A stretch of 64,000 bases of DNA, from positions 16,246,001 through 16,310,000 of the forward strand of contig CM075987.1 of the NCBI GenBank assembly GCA_038087875.1, in the 5' to 3' direction. The first letter of the stretch is position 1; every line of letters begins with the position of its first letter. Source of the stretch: Malacoraja senta. Its lineage: Eukaryota. This document shows, piece by piece, positions 40,693 through 53,014 of the stretch. Both the position numbers and the translations under genes were made by a program. The notes under the pieces are model-generated. The model made no database searches, was not told the origin of the DNA, and saw only the letters and a list, made by a program, of their open reading frames with translations.

Positions 40693-40923
40693 CTGGGGAC
40701 ACCAGGTGGAGCTCGGTTGGGCCTGGACGGAACCTGAGGTGGAGCCCCGAATGGATCAGGAGAGGCCCCGGGCCGAGACGGGATTGGCGGGGCGCTACCG
40801 GGCGGTCCTTGAGGAGGTGGTCCAGCAGGTGGTGGTGGTCCTGGAGCCGGACCTCGGGACAGTGGCCTGACCGGGGGGACGGCAGGCGCTCTTCTCTGTG
40901 GCGTGGGGCTCGAGGTCGGAGAC
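40693..40923 (-). CDS. DNM1: Dynamin-1 proline-rich-domain exon (231 nt)
   Basis: [20 protein letters not shown]...[29 protein letters not shown] is diagnostic of DNM1. Acceptor CCCCTTAG|, donor AG|GTAAGG, phases consistent. Confidence 0.97.
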
Positions 40924-40982
40924 CTAAGGGGAAGAAACCAAAGGGTGTCCATTATCACCAGGAGATGGATGGTTACGGTCCA

Positions 40983-41345
40983 GTTGATACAAATACATCT
41001 CTTGATGCTCCTGAACACATCATCAGTGATGTACCCTGGGGGTCATTGGGTGTTTCGGGTCTTTCAACATCAGACACCCTCACCCAGGCGACCCAGCCGT
41101 GGTTGATCAGACCACGACTTGTGTTCAGGTGGCATTCGCTCCTCCCCATGGACCTTCTCTCCTGATCCAGAGCCATCACGAGGCCTTCTCCGCTGCCTCT
41201 GTGGTGTTCTTGATGGCTCTTCTCCTCGCCACTCCGTTGATGCCCAGTGCACTCAAGGCTTTGTAGAGCGATTGCCCTGCAAAACCTCTGCAGCCAACCT
41301 CGATGGGCACACACCTCGCCTTCCAGCCCTGCTTACAGCAGTCTA
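40983..41345 (-). mobile_element. 3' end of a HERO/R2-group (restriction-like endonuclease) non-LTR retrotransposon
   Basis: [56 protein letters not shown] followed by a structured 3'UTR; recognised from family motifs. Confidence 0.75.
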
Positions 41346-41377
41346 TATGACAGAGGGTGGGATTTGGGTCTCCATAC

Positions 41378-41619
41378 CTTCGTCCGGAGGCTATATCCCT
41401 GATTCCCAGCCAGGAGTCATCGACAGGTGGTGGGAGAGGAGTGCTACTGGTGGTGGTATTGATGTCCCCAATGATGTTTAAGGCTTCCTTCAGGGCATGA
41501 TACATTCGCAGCATCTCCTCACGTCGCTGGGCCTGCTCGGGAGACTCCTCCATCAGGACGTTCTGGTCCGCACAGGAGTAGAGCTGGGCAAGGAGCTCAG
41601 AGTGAATGAAGTCCTTTGT
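41378..41619 (-). CDS. DNM1: Dynamin-1 GED exon (242 nt)
   Basis: [57 protein letters not shown]...PPPVDDSWL. Acceptor GAACAG|, donor AG|GTATGG. Confidence 0.97.
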
Positions 41620-42859
41620 CTGTTCGGAATAAAATAAGGGAGCCCAGTTAGTCCTGACTTATTACCATTGGTTAGAATTAAATGGGTTATTCCAATAACG
41701 TGGAGAGTTATGGATGTTTGTGCCAGTTGTAACCCCTACCCTCTGCTCAGCCTTGTCCCACCATGAAGGGTAGACCATCATTTTAATCAATGCACATAGG
41801 CAGCACCAGGTGAAGACATTGACACACTCTGATGTCCTGACCACTTGATCTCCACTTCATTCTCCGCACAGCACTCTCACGAATAAACCTTACATCAGAG
41901 ATAAAGCACTTCCATTGGTTTCTTCTCCCGACATCTCCAACCTTCTTATCCTTTCACAAATAATGGCTAAACTACTCAGCTGTAAAGCAAAGGGCTAGGA
42001 TCTGGGTCACCATCAAGATTGGTCTCAAGCCTAAGTGCCGAAGTGGCTGAGGGTCAAGCAAAGGTTCCGGTTGAATTCTAACTCCAGGATCAATCCAAGA
42101 CTCAAGACCAGGGTAGAAGAATCGAGAACCAAAGGACATAGGATTAAGATGAGAGGAGCAGGACTTTGTGAGAATTATTTATTCTTTTAGAGGATGGTGG
42201 ATATATGGATGGAGCTGCCAGAGGAGGTAGCAGATGGAATAACACTTAAAAGATACTTGGACTAGTAGATGGATAGAAAAGGTTTAGTGGGATATGATCC
42301 AAATGCGGGCATATGGGACTAGCTTACATGGGACATCTTGGTCGGCATGGATGAGTTGGGCTGAATGGCTTGTTTCCGTGCTGTGCAACTCTGTAATGGA
42401 GGTATTGATTGTGGTCCAAGACCAAATCCAGACCCAGGATCAGGATTGGGGGCTAGGCCATCCCTGGAACATCCTGGCCTGATTTGCCTCCAAGCTAATC
42501 CTAGACACCAGCGGCAGATAAAACTAAGTGGTCAATCCAAGCTGAAACCTTCCCCTGATGTAGACAATTATCAGAAACGAGTTTGCCAGCGTTGCCACAA
42601 AATGGCAAGTCTTCTGAAACTAAAGACTTTCAATAATTGAAAGGAGGAACCCATGACCACTTCCGAGCCCGTGACCTGGATCCAAGTGGGATTGGAGTAA
42701 GGCTTCTGATTGGAAGGATGAGCTTGGTTTCGGATTCTTTCACCTACCACACTGGGAGTTAATGATTTAGGGGAAGCAGATGAAACATAAGAGGAGGCAA
42801 TGGGACATGGAGATGCCTCTGGATAGACAATGAACACCTCTCTTTGGCAGAGGTGTTCA

Positions 42860-43192
<333 letters not shown>

Positions 43193-43212
43193 TTATGGAA
43201 TTTACAGTAAAT

Positions 43213-43447
43213 TTTGTGTGGGAAGGAACTGCAGATGCTGCTTTATACCGATGATGGACACAGAGTGCTGGAGCAACTCAGCAGTTCAGGCAGCATCTCT
43301 GGAGAAAAGGAACAGGTAAAGTTTCAGGTCGGAACTCTTCCTCAGAATTGAGGAAGTCTGAGGAAGGGATCTGACCCAAAATGTCACGTGTTCCTTTTCA
43401 CCAGAGATGCGGCCTGAACCGCTGAGTTACTCCAGCACTCTGTGTTT
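43213..43447 (-). mobile_element. PLE-derived fold-back element
   Basis: Inverted arms; TSD ATTTACAGTAAAT at 43200-43212 and 43448-43460. Confidence 0.82.
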
Positions 43448-44514
43448 ATTTACAGTAAATGCTGCCTCAGGAGAAGACATTTACTCTCCACTGGAGAGAC
43501 CCAAGAGTGTCTCAATGCAAAGTGCTGAACTTATCACTTTGGAAATGTGGCCGTTTTTCCAACTCCAGCATCAAAATAACCTTACCAGGAGTTTTGAACA
43601 TTGAACCAATCTAAGGATATTAAAAAGTAGAGATTTTCAAAATCAACTGAGCAAGAGGAATCAAGAACCAGAGGACACAGGTTTAAGGTGAGAGGGGAAT
43701 TTTTTAATAGGGCCCGAGGGTGCTTGGTATAGGGAGTGAGCTGCCAGAGGAGGTAGTTGAGTACAATAATAGCATTTTAAAGATATTTGAACAGGTTCAT
43801 AAGTGAGAGGAGCAGAATTCGGCCATTTGGCCCATCAAGCCTACTCCACCGTTGAATCATGGCTGATCTATCTCTCCCTCCTCACCCCATTCTCCAGCCT
43901 TCTCCCCATAACCCCTGACACCCGTGCTAATCAACCCGTACTAATCAACTACCCATTCAGGTACAAGGATAACAAAGGTTTAGAGAGATATGGACTAAAA
44001 GGGGGCTAATGGGTTTATGTAAGGTGATGCATCTTATGGACAGGTTGGGCCGAAGGGATTGTGTCCGTGCTGCATGACTCTATGAAACTCTTTTAAGACG
44101 TCTGCATGCTGCATGACTCTATGAGCCTCTTTTAAGAAGTCTGCATGACTCTATAAGACTCTTTTAAGAAGTCTCCTGCTTCTAGGAACACCATAAAGAT
44201 ATTGGAATCTGTGAAGTTATTCACATGATCTTGGGAGCACCTTGAATTATATAACCAATGCTCATACCCCCCCCCCCAGAAATATTCTTGGTTCAATAAG
44301 GTCACTGAAATAATTCATATGGTTGTGGGATTCTCATTGAATTCACGCAGTGTAGATATCCCCAGAGTCAAGTTACAGAGTCACTGAAAACATTCACATG
44401 TCCTCAGACCCACTGAAATTATATGTAAATGCTTACATTCCCTCCTACAAATATGCGCGCACACCCCCAACCAGATAAGACATACTTTCCCCATTCATCC
44501 CCAGGTTAACATCT

Positions 44515-44790
44515 AAACGAGTTGCTGCTTCACAACTTCAAGATCCGGGTTCTGTTCTGTGTTCAGTTGCACATTCTTTCTGTGACATGGTTTCCTCCAT
44601 GGGCTTCGGTTTCCATAGACATGCAGGTTGATAGATTAACCTGCCTCTGAAAATTGCCCCCAGTGCGTAGAGAGTGGATGAGTAAGTGGGATAACATAGA
44701 ACTAATGGTCTAGTAGGTGATGGATGGTCAGCATGGACTCAGTGGGCCGAAGGGCCTGTTTCCATGCTGTATCTCGAAACAGAACTAAAT
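44515..44790 (+). mobile_element. HE1-like V-SINE (degenerate)
   Basis: Tail GGACTCAGTGGGCCGAAGGGCCTGTTTCCATGCTGTATCTC and a decayed head. Confidence 0.75.
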
Positions 44791-45299
44791 AGGAAATACT
44801 GTTGTTTGAAAATCTATGCTTCAAACTAAATCACTTTCAACTCAATAGTTTTGGAAAACAGAGAATTCTTTTGGTTCTATTTTTATTTTAATTAAAGCTT
44901 ACATTCGACCTCACTGTATGGAAGCTTGTGATGCAGATTTGACCCAAGCTGAGGAAAGGTCACAACAAAGAAAAGTTTCTCTCAATGTGGACTCTTTCTC
45001 CGGGCTAAGTTTCTAGCACCATCAAGAATAGAACAAGAAAGGCTCTTTCAACCCATCTCACCAGCTAATTCCACAGACTGTGTATAACCTTGACTCCTCA
45101 AGGGCTCTAACCATAATATTTACTCTCCTGAGGGAATGTTCTGTGTAAATAGTTCCTAATCCCCAAAGGAAGTGCTGCATTAAGGCAGAATTATCCATCC
45201 CCCCTCACCCTCCACTCTGTCCCTCCCGGGACATTTCTCCCACAACCACTCAGGCAACTGTTGATACTTGTGAAGAACTCCAGGGTGGTACAAAGAAGG

Positions 45300-45565
45300 T
45301 CAGCGGTAGTTGCAGCCTTACAGCACCAGAGATCTGGGTTCGATCCTGATTACGGCTGCTGTCTGTACGGAGTTTGCACGTTCTCCCCTTGATCGCGTGG
45401 GTTTTCTCTGGGAGCTCCGGTTTCCTCCCACACTCCAAAGGCGTACTGGTTTGCAGGTTAATTGGCATCGGTTAAAAAAAATTGCAAATGTGTCGCTGGT
45501 CGGCTTGGACCGAAGGGCCTGTTTCCGCGCTGTATCTCTACACTAGACTAAAAAAAAACTAAACT
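45300..45565 (+). mobile_element. HE1-like V-SINE
   Basis: GGTTCGATCC B-box, V-domain, LINE tail with (CTAAA)-like end. Confidence 0.82.
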
Positions 45566-46567
45566 CCACAGAATTCCTAGAGGATGGAAGCTGAGAATCC
45601 TTTTCCAAGGTTGGAGAGCAGAGAGCTGGAGAACATTGCCTCAAGATGAGAATTAGGACTGAAGTGAAGGGAGACGGCAAAGCTGTGGATGTTGATCCCA
45701 TTCTGCACCACCATCAATAGGTTCTCAGATTTGGAAATCACTCCAGGAATGTATTCATTCTTTTCCTTCAGAACAGAAGCCAGGGCTGCCCCCTGATAAT
45801 GAATAGTATCTCGTTCATGAATGCCAGCTTCATCAAAGCTCCTTGCTCCCTCTCTTATCCACACATCATCACAGTGCCCCACTTCCACACAGCTGATTGG
45901 AAAGAGAACAGAACTTTTGTAGACACAAGAAATTGCAGATGCTGGAACCTTCAGTAAAGCACAAAGTGCTGGAGGAACTCAGTGGGTCAGGCAGCATCTG
46001 TGCAGGGAACGGACAGTTGACGTTTTGTGTTAGATTTAGATTTAGTTCTTAGGGCTAAAGGAATCAAGGGATATCGGGGAAAAGCAGGAACGGGGTACTG
46101 ATTTTAGATGATCAGCCATGATCATATTGAAGGGCTAAATGGCCTACTCGTGCACCTATGTTTCTATGTGTTGGGGGCCTTCTTCAGACTGATCGTACCA
46201 GGGGGGAGAAAGCTGGCAAAGAAGTGAAGGTGGGACAAGCCTGGGAAGTGATAGGTAAATACAGGTGGGTTAGGGGGGGAAGGAGGATTTGATAGGCAGA
46301 TAGGTGGACAAAGGCCAGAGATTTAAAAAAAGCAAAAGGCTATGAGATAAGGAGATATAAGACAGAGGATGGGATATAGGTGGACGGAGATAGGGGAAGG
46401 GGAAAGGGGGTGGGATAGTGGGAAAGGCAAGTGGGGGGGCATGATTGTGGTGCGCATCCAGGTGGGGCACAGGGAAGAGAGGAGGGAAACAATAGGGGGT
46501 TGCCTGGATTACTGGTTGTGAATCAAAAAACACTTCCCCACCCTCCAAACAACAAAAAATAACAAAA

Positions 46568-46800
46568 TGTTCAAGAAGGAACTGCAGATGCTGGAAAATC
46601 GAAGGTAGACAAAAATGCTGGAGAAACTCAGCGGGTGCGGCAGCATCTATGGAGCGAAGGAAATAGGCAATGTTTCGGGCCGAAAGTCTGAAGAAGTCTG
46701 ATCAAGTCTGAAGAAGGGTTTCGGCCCGAAACGTTGCCTATTTCCTTCGCTCCATAGATGCTGCCGCACCCACTGAGTTTCTCCGGCATTTTTGTCTACC
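46568..46800 (-). mobile_element. PLE-derived fold-back element; intact hammerhead core on + strand at 46708-46735
   Basis: TSD CAACAAAAAA(T/G)AACAAAA at 46550-46567 and 46800-46817; CTGAAGA-A-GGGT[TTCG]GCCC-GAAA-CGTT. Confidence 0.88.
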
Positions 46801-47292
46801 AACAAAAAAGAACAAAAGCAGTAAATGTAAAATAGCAAAGATTGCATGACTTTTCCTCTGGGAGTTATTCTGGAAGCTCCAGGATAATCCTGTTGCATTG
46901 GGAATCCTGGTCCCTTTAAATGTGCAGACTCTGGTAATTGTGTATTCTACGTTCACAGGAAGTAACTGCTTCAGAGTTCATCTCAGTAACGGTCAGCCAG
47001 ATATACACAGGATAATTTACCACTTCTAGCCATTTGACAATTATTATGACTGTTCTTTATCGCCTCCCATTGCTTCCTGCTGCTAAGGAGACATACAAGA
47101 CATTGGTGAGGCTACACTTGGTGTATCGCGCTCAGTGTTAGTCACCCTGCCATAGGAAAGATGCCATTCAGCTGGAAAGAGTGCGGAGAAGATTTACGAG
47201 GGTGTTGTCAGGATTTGAGGGCCTGAGCTATAGGGAGAGGCTGCAGGGTAGGACTTTATTCCTTGGAGTACAGGAGGCCGAGTGGTGATCTT

Positions 47293-47993
47293 TTTTTAAA
47301 ATAATATTTTTATTAGGGGCAGGTACATATCATATTGAAAACATTTCATGTATTTCATTCCTACATTACTAATATTATCGATCGATATTCGCGCTGCCTC
47401 TAGTAGTTTAAAAAAAATATATAGATAGAAAATAAGAGAATAGCAGATAAAGAAAAAAAGGGATAATAAAGAAGAATGGAATAACTTACTAAAAGTACAA
47501 CATTGGAGATATATTCGTACATTTTAAAATATAACTTTTCATCTAATCCTTGATTCGAGTTTCAGTCAGGTTCTCGTGTCGAACCAGTCTGTCCCTTCAA
47601 GTAGTCAATAAATGGAGACCATGTTCTGATAGTTCATGTTTGTCCATTAGGACAAATCTAATTCTTTCCAAATGTAAGGTCTTCGACATTTCCATAATCC
47701 ACATTTTAATTGTGGGGGTTATAGGACCTTTCCAAAATTTTAATATTATTTTTTTTCCAGTTATTATACTATAATCGATAAAGTTTCTTTGAGTTGTTGT
47801 AAGTGTTTGACTTTGTTCTAATATTCCTAGTATTATTAATTTTGAATCAGGATCCAATTGAGTATTGGCAACTATAGATATTATTCTAAAAATGTCTGCC
47901 CAAATTGTTTTGATTTTTATACAATTCGCGAATGTATGAGTTAGGTTAGCATCTAAATGTTGACATTTATCGCAAATAGGGGAGATATGTGGT
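47293..47993 (-). mobile_element. 5'-truncated L1-clade LINE inserted in a CR1 fragment
   Basis: CCHC knuckle PICDKCQHLDANLTHTFANC and KKIILKFWKGPITPTIKMW. AT-rich 3'UTR with A-tail. 45-bp duplication at 47248-47292 and 47994-48038. Confidence 0.88.
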
Positions 47994-49756
47994 GTAGGAC
48001 TTTATTCCTTGGAGTACAGGAGGCCGAGTGGTGATCTTATGGAGGTTTATAAAATCATGAGGAGAATAGAAAGGGTTAATTTAACAGGCTGCCAGGTGAA
48101 GTACTTGAGGCAACTTCAACAACATTTGAAAGACATTTGGACAGGTGCGTGGATAATAAATGTTTAGATAGATTTTGTATCTCTCTAAATGGGCTAAATG
48201 TGGTCAAATGGGGCACCTTGGCAGCATGGATGAGTTTGGCTGAAGAGCCTGTTTCTGTGCTGGATGACTCCATGATTATAAGTGCTGACATTTTCAACGT
48301 TAAGTCCCGATCTCATAGAAAAATCTTTTGAAAATTAATGTCCTGTCTTATAAATGGAGACAGGGTGTAATTCTGGAGTGAAGTGGCGTGGGGTTGCCAT
48401 GCCAACATAAGTGAATCCTCCCACTCTTGGACTGGTGAGGTTCATAAGATATAGGAGCAGGATTAGGCCATTTGGCCCATCAGGTCTACTCCGCCATTCA
48501 ATCGTGGCTGATCCATCTTTCCCTCTCAACCCCATTCTCCTGTCTTTTCCCCCCATTACCACTGACACCCTTACTAATCGAGAATCTGTCAAAATCTCTG
48601 CATCAAAAATACCCAAATGTCTTGGTCTCCACAGCCGTCTGTGGCAATGAATTCCACAGATTCACCATCCTCTGACTGAAGAAATTCCTCCTCATCTCCT
48701 TTCTAAAGGTACGTCCATTTATTCTGAGGTCATTTATTCTGGTCCCTGACTCTCGTACAAGTGGAAACATCCTCACCACATCCACTCCATCCAGGCTTTT
48801 CAGTGGGCCCACTTAGGTCAGCAACACTGTTGTAGCCATGCAGGCAGGGCCGGCCTTAAGCCGATTGGACCAATTGCTCCCAATTGGGCCCCGCGCCAGA
48901 GTAATCTACTCTCGGCTCGGGTAGATCTAGCCCGGGTGGAGGGGGGAGAGAGGGGTGGAGAGAGAGTAGAGGGGTGGAGGGGGGAGAGAGGGTGGAGAGA
49001 GAGTAGAGGGGTGGAGGGGGAAGAAAGGGATAGACGGGGAGGGGTGTGTGAAGGGGAATGGAGAATGGGGAGAGGGGGAGGTGGGTTGTTCCCTCACGGT
49101 CCCGGGGCAGCGCTCCCGCCCCTCCAGTCGCCGTGCTTCACGCACACGGTCCCGGCTCCACCCCTCTCTCTCCCCAGGGAGACGCGGTGAACAATACAGG
49201 GTGGGCCGGGCCGGGGGTTGGAGCAACGTTTACAAACATCGGCCTCAGCTCACACATGTCCGCTCGGACCCCGGCATCCACTCCTGCCACCAGCCCTCTC
49301 CGTCCCTTCTCTCCTTCCCTTCCCTCCCTCCCTTCTCTCCTTCACTTCCCTCCTTCCTCTCTCTCTTGTCCCTTCTCTCCTTCCCTCCCTCCCTTCTATC
49401 TCTCCTTCCTCTCTCTCTTTTCCCTTCTCTCCTTCTCTCCCTCCTTTCTCTACTTCCCTCACTCCCTTCTCTCCTTCCTCCCTTCTCTCCCTCCCTTCTC
49501 TCCTTCCCTCCCACACACACACATACATAACGCACAGACAACTAACACACACATATCACGCACAGACAACGAACATACACACAACTAAGACACACACACA
49601 ACTAAGTTAGGATGGGGCAGAAGCCCAAAGGGTAGGATGGGGCTGAAGTCCAAAATTTAATGCCTGGACTGGTTTTTCGCCAATTGGTTTTCTAGGATCT
49701 TGTTAATTAATTTTTTTTTTTCATTTCACAGTCACTTAAACAAGTGGTATTGTAAC

Positions 49757-51183
49757 TTTTACAATACCACAATGTAACGAATAGTGGTATTTGTATTTAC
49801 CAAATACAAGGCGTAGCTATGGGCACGCGCATGGGCCCTAGCTATGCCTGCCTCTTTGTAGGGTACGTCGAACAATCCTTGTTCGAGACGTACCAGGGCC
49901 CCATTCCCGACCTCTACCTCCGCTACATCGACGACTGCATTGGTGCTACCTCCTGCACCCACACACAACTCACTGACTCCATCCATTTCACCACTAACTT
50001 CCAACCGGCACTCAAATACACCTGGACCATTTCCGACACTTCCCTACCATTTCCTGACCTCACTATCTCCATCGCAAGTGATAGACATCTGACCGACATC
50101 CACTATAAACCTACTGACTCCCATGGCTATCTGGACTACACTTCTTCCTGTAAGGACTCTATCCCCTACTCCCAATTCCTCCGTCTTCGCCGCATCTGCT
50201 CCCAGGATGAGGTGTTCCATACCAGGGCATCGGAGATGTCCTCATTCTTCAGGGAACGGGGGTTCCCCTCTCCTACCATAGATGAGGCTCTCACCAGGGT
50301 TTCTACGATACCCCGTGACACTGCTCTCTCTCCCCATCCCCCCACTCGTAACAAGGGCAGAGTCCCCCTAGTCCTCACCTTCCACCCTACCAGCCGTCAC
50401 ATACAACAAATATTCCTCCGTCATTTTCGCCACCTCCAACGTGACCCCACCACTTGCCACATCTTCCCATCTCCTCCCCTGTCTGCTTTCCGCAGAGACC
50501 GCTCCCTCCGTAACTCCCTGGTCAATTCGTCCCTTCCCACCCGAACCACCCCCTCTCCCGGCACTTTCCCTTGCAACCGCAAGAAATGCTGCACTTGTCG
50601 CTTTACCTCCCCCCTTGACTCCATTCAAGGACTCAAGCAGTCGTTCCAGGTGCGACAGAGGTTCACCTGCACCTCCTCCAACCTCATCTATTGCATCCGC
50701 TGCTCTAGATGTCAGCTGATCTACATCGGTGAGACCTCCGCTCGGTTTCGCAATAACCAACCTGATCTCCCGGTGGCTCAGCACTTCCACACACCTTCCC
50801 ATTCCGAATCCGACCTTTCTGTCCTGAGCCTCCTCCACGGCTAGAGTGAGGACCATCGGAAATTGGAGGAGCAGCACCTCATATTTCGCTTGGGCAGTTT
50901 GTACCCCAGCGGTATGAACATTGGCTTCTCTAATTTCAGGTAGTCCTTACTTTCTCCTATCCTTCTCAGCTCTCCCTCAGCCCTCTGGCTCCTCCTCTTC
51001 CTCTCCTCTCCCTTTCTTCTTCCCACACCCCCTCCCCACCACCCTCACATCAGTCTGAAGAAGGGTTTTGTCCCGAAACGTTGCCTATTTCCTTCGCTCC
51101 ATAGATGCTGCTGCACCCGCTGAGTTTCTCCAGCATTTTTGTGTACCTTCGATTTTCCAGCATCTGCAGTTCCTTCTTTAACA
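49757..51183 (+). mobile_element. 5'-truncated Penelope-like retroelement (RT + GIY-YIG) with terminal repeat, hammerhead core (51055-51082) and tail
   Basis: TSD TGGTATTGTAAC at 49745-49756 and 51184-51195; coding evidence in the next feature. Confidence 0.92.
49801..50943 (+). pseudogene. PLE reverse transcriptase C-terminal half plus GIY-YIG endonuclease, inactivated
   Basis: QIQGVAMGTRMGPSYACLF, YLRYIDD, HYKPTDSHGYLDY, NLIYCIRC...YIGET. The KRRLGDRFAEH segment seen at 61.4 kb is deleted here, and there is a premature TAG at 50842-50844. Confidence 0.9.
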
Positions 51184-52218
51184 TGGTATTGTAACCATGT
51201 ACTTTTCAGAGGTGATCTACACATTTTGTTTGTTACTTGTAGGCTTACATGTGTGCAATTTTATATTAAAATGTAGCTTAGATCTGTTTGGTCCATTAAC
51301 TCGCAGGCATTTTTTAAGCGCACATTTTGATTACTTTCCATTCTACCATAGAGATATAAAGTCTATAATAGACTTTATTTGTATTCCTTTGATTCTGCAG
51401 ACCTTGGCTGGGAACCTGGGGCTCACCAAAATTGTTCCCAATTGGGCCCCGCACCTCCTAAGGCCGGCCCTGCATGCAAGGCAATCTCCACTCAGACTAC
51501 ACAACACCAGCATTATTCAAGAGCAGCCACACCCCTCATGTGACTTGTGTGGGAATCCAGATATAGCTGAGTGCCCTTTTGAAAGCAATAATCGTGTCAC
51601 CAACACCACTAGGGTGTAGGTGTGGGATCATAACTGGCGAAACAAAACCACTACTGGGTGTGGAATGAGATGTTAACATCATGGATGCATTTGAACTTGG
51701 TTAGACTGTAAGATTTGTTTTTTCCTTAAAGTGGAATGACTATTTTACCTCTGATTACTGAATGGAAGCAGGTGGTTGTTAAATAAATGGAGGTACATTT
51801 ACCTGAGTTGTGCAGAACAACTACTGTTGCTAAAATGGCAACTGGCAGCTCAGATGGTTGTGACCACAGCCTGGCATTTGGCAAACCAGTCATTTCTAGT
51901 GCAGCTTTCCCTCTGTCACGAATACCAAGGCTAAGAACACACATTAACATGGACATGCACTACGCTGATAACTGGGCATGCAACTAATCAAAGGCTAGGA
52001 AAACTTAAATGAGAGAAACACCAAAGACACAGGCAAAGCACAAAAACGGCTCAACATCATGCAAATCGAACACAGACAGACAGACAGACAGGCAAAACCA
52101 GAGTTAGAACATACAGGAAAAGGGAAGGAATCCAACTGCTGGTAATTCTGAAATCAGAAAGAGAGAGGAAAACTGGTTCTGTTTCAGAGAGGAGGTGAAG
52201 AGAGAGAAACCTACTTAC

Positions 52219-52230
52219 ATTTTCTTTATC
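52219..52230 (-). CDS. DNM1: Dynamin-1 12-nt microexon (DKEN)
   Basis: CTTTGGCCAG|GAT AAA GAA AAT|GTAAGT, phase 0/0. Matches the DKEK peptide preceding ASETEENGS in mammalian DNM1. Confidence 0.85.
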
Positions 52231-52606
52231 CTGGCCAAAGGTGACGCAAATTAAACCAATTAAAGGAGGAAGAAAATTCATTTATTGAATTAATCACCCA
52301 TTTAGCAACTAGGAGCAAAGAAAATCAAATCAAACGAATGGACAAGCTAAGCATTGTCAGTGTCACTGGAACTAAACCGATATCACAAGACCCACAAGAG
52401 CCAAAGCAATCATCGCAACAAAGGCCGCATCTTCTGCTTTCATGTTCATTTCAGAATTCCAGCGCCTCCTTCATTTTCTACGCCAAAAGGTTGCAACAGT
52501 CTGAAGAAGGGTCTCGACATGAAACGTCGCATATTCCTCCGCTCCATAGATGCTGCCTCACCCGCTGAGTTTCTCCAGCACTTTTGTCAACCAATGATGC
52601 GGGTAG

Positions 52607-52727
52607 GTAGACAAAAATGCTGGAGAAACTCAGCGGGTGAGGCAGCATAGATGCTGCCTCACCCGCTGAGTTTCCCCAGCATTTTTGTCAACCTTCGATT
52701 TTCCAGCATCTGCAGTTCCTTCTTAAA
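52607..52727 (+). mobile_element. Short PLE-derived fold-back element next to a monomeric copy (52497-52591)
   Basis: TSD CAATGATGC(G/T)GGTAG at 52592-52606 and 52728-52742. Confidence 0.8.
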
Positions 52728-53014
52728 CAATGATGCTGGTAGTTTCCTTCTATTCCTCTTGTTGTTCTGATACGCTTGGTCCCTCTTCTGTTTTGGGCCT
52801 TTTTTAACAAAGCCTCATTTGCCACGTGTTTGATAGGACTTTGCATATTTTAGTTTAGTTTATCATCATTGTCGGGTGTACTGAGCTACAGTGAAAAGCT
52901 TTTGCTTGCGTGTTATCCAGTCAAAGAAAAGCTTATCTATGAATATAATCAAGCCATCCACAGTGGACAGATAAAGGAGAAAAAGTTATAACATTTACTG
53001 CAAAGATTGGCCGC

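Larger units (their letters stand above)
48845..51472. mobile_element. Non-autonomous hAT-like DNA transposon with a nested PLE
   Basis: 14-bp TIR CAGGGCCGGCCTTA / TAAGGCCGGCCCTG. 8-bp TSD CATGCAGG (48837-48844) / CATGCAAG (51473-51480). Subterminal AATTG.TCCCAATTGGGCCCCGC at both ends. Confidence 0.85.

Noticed and set aside
40641..41481. Plus-strand ORFs over the DNM1 exons
   Set aside because: Antisense shadows of GC-rich coding and TE sequence
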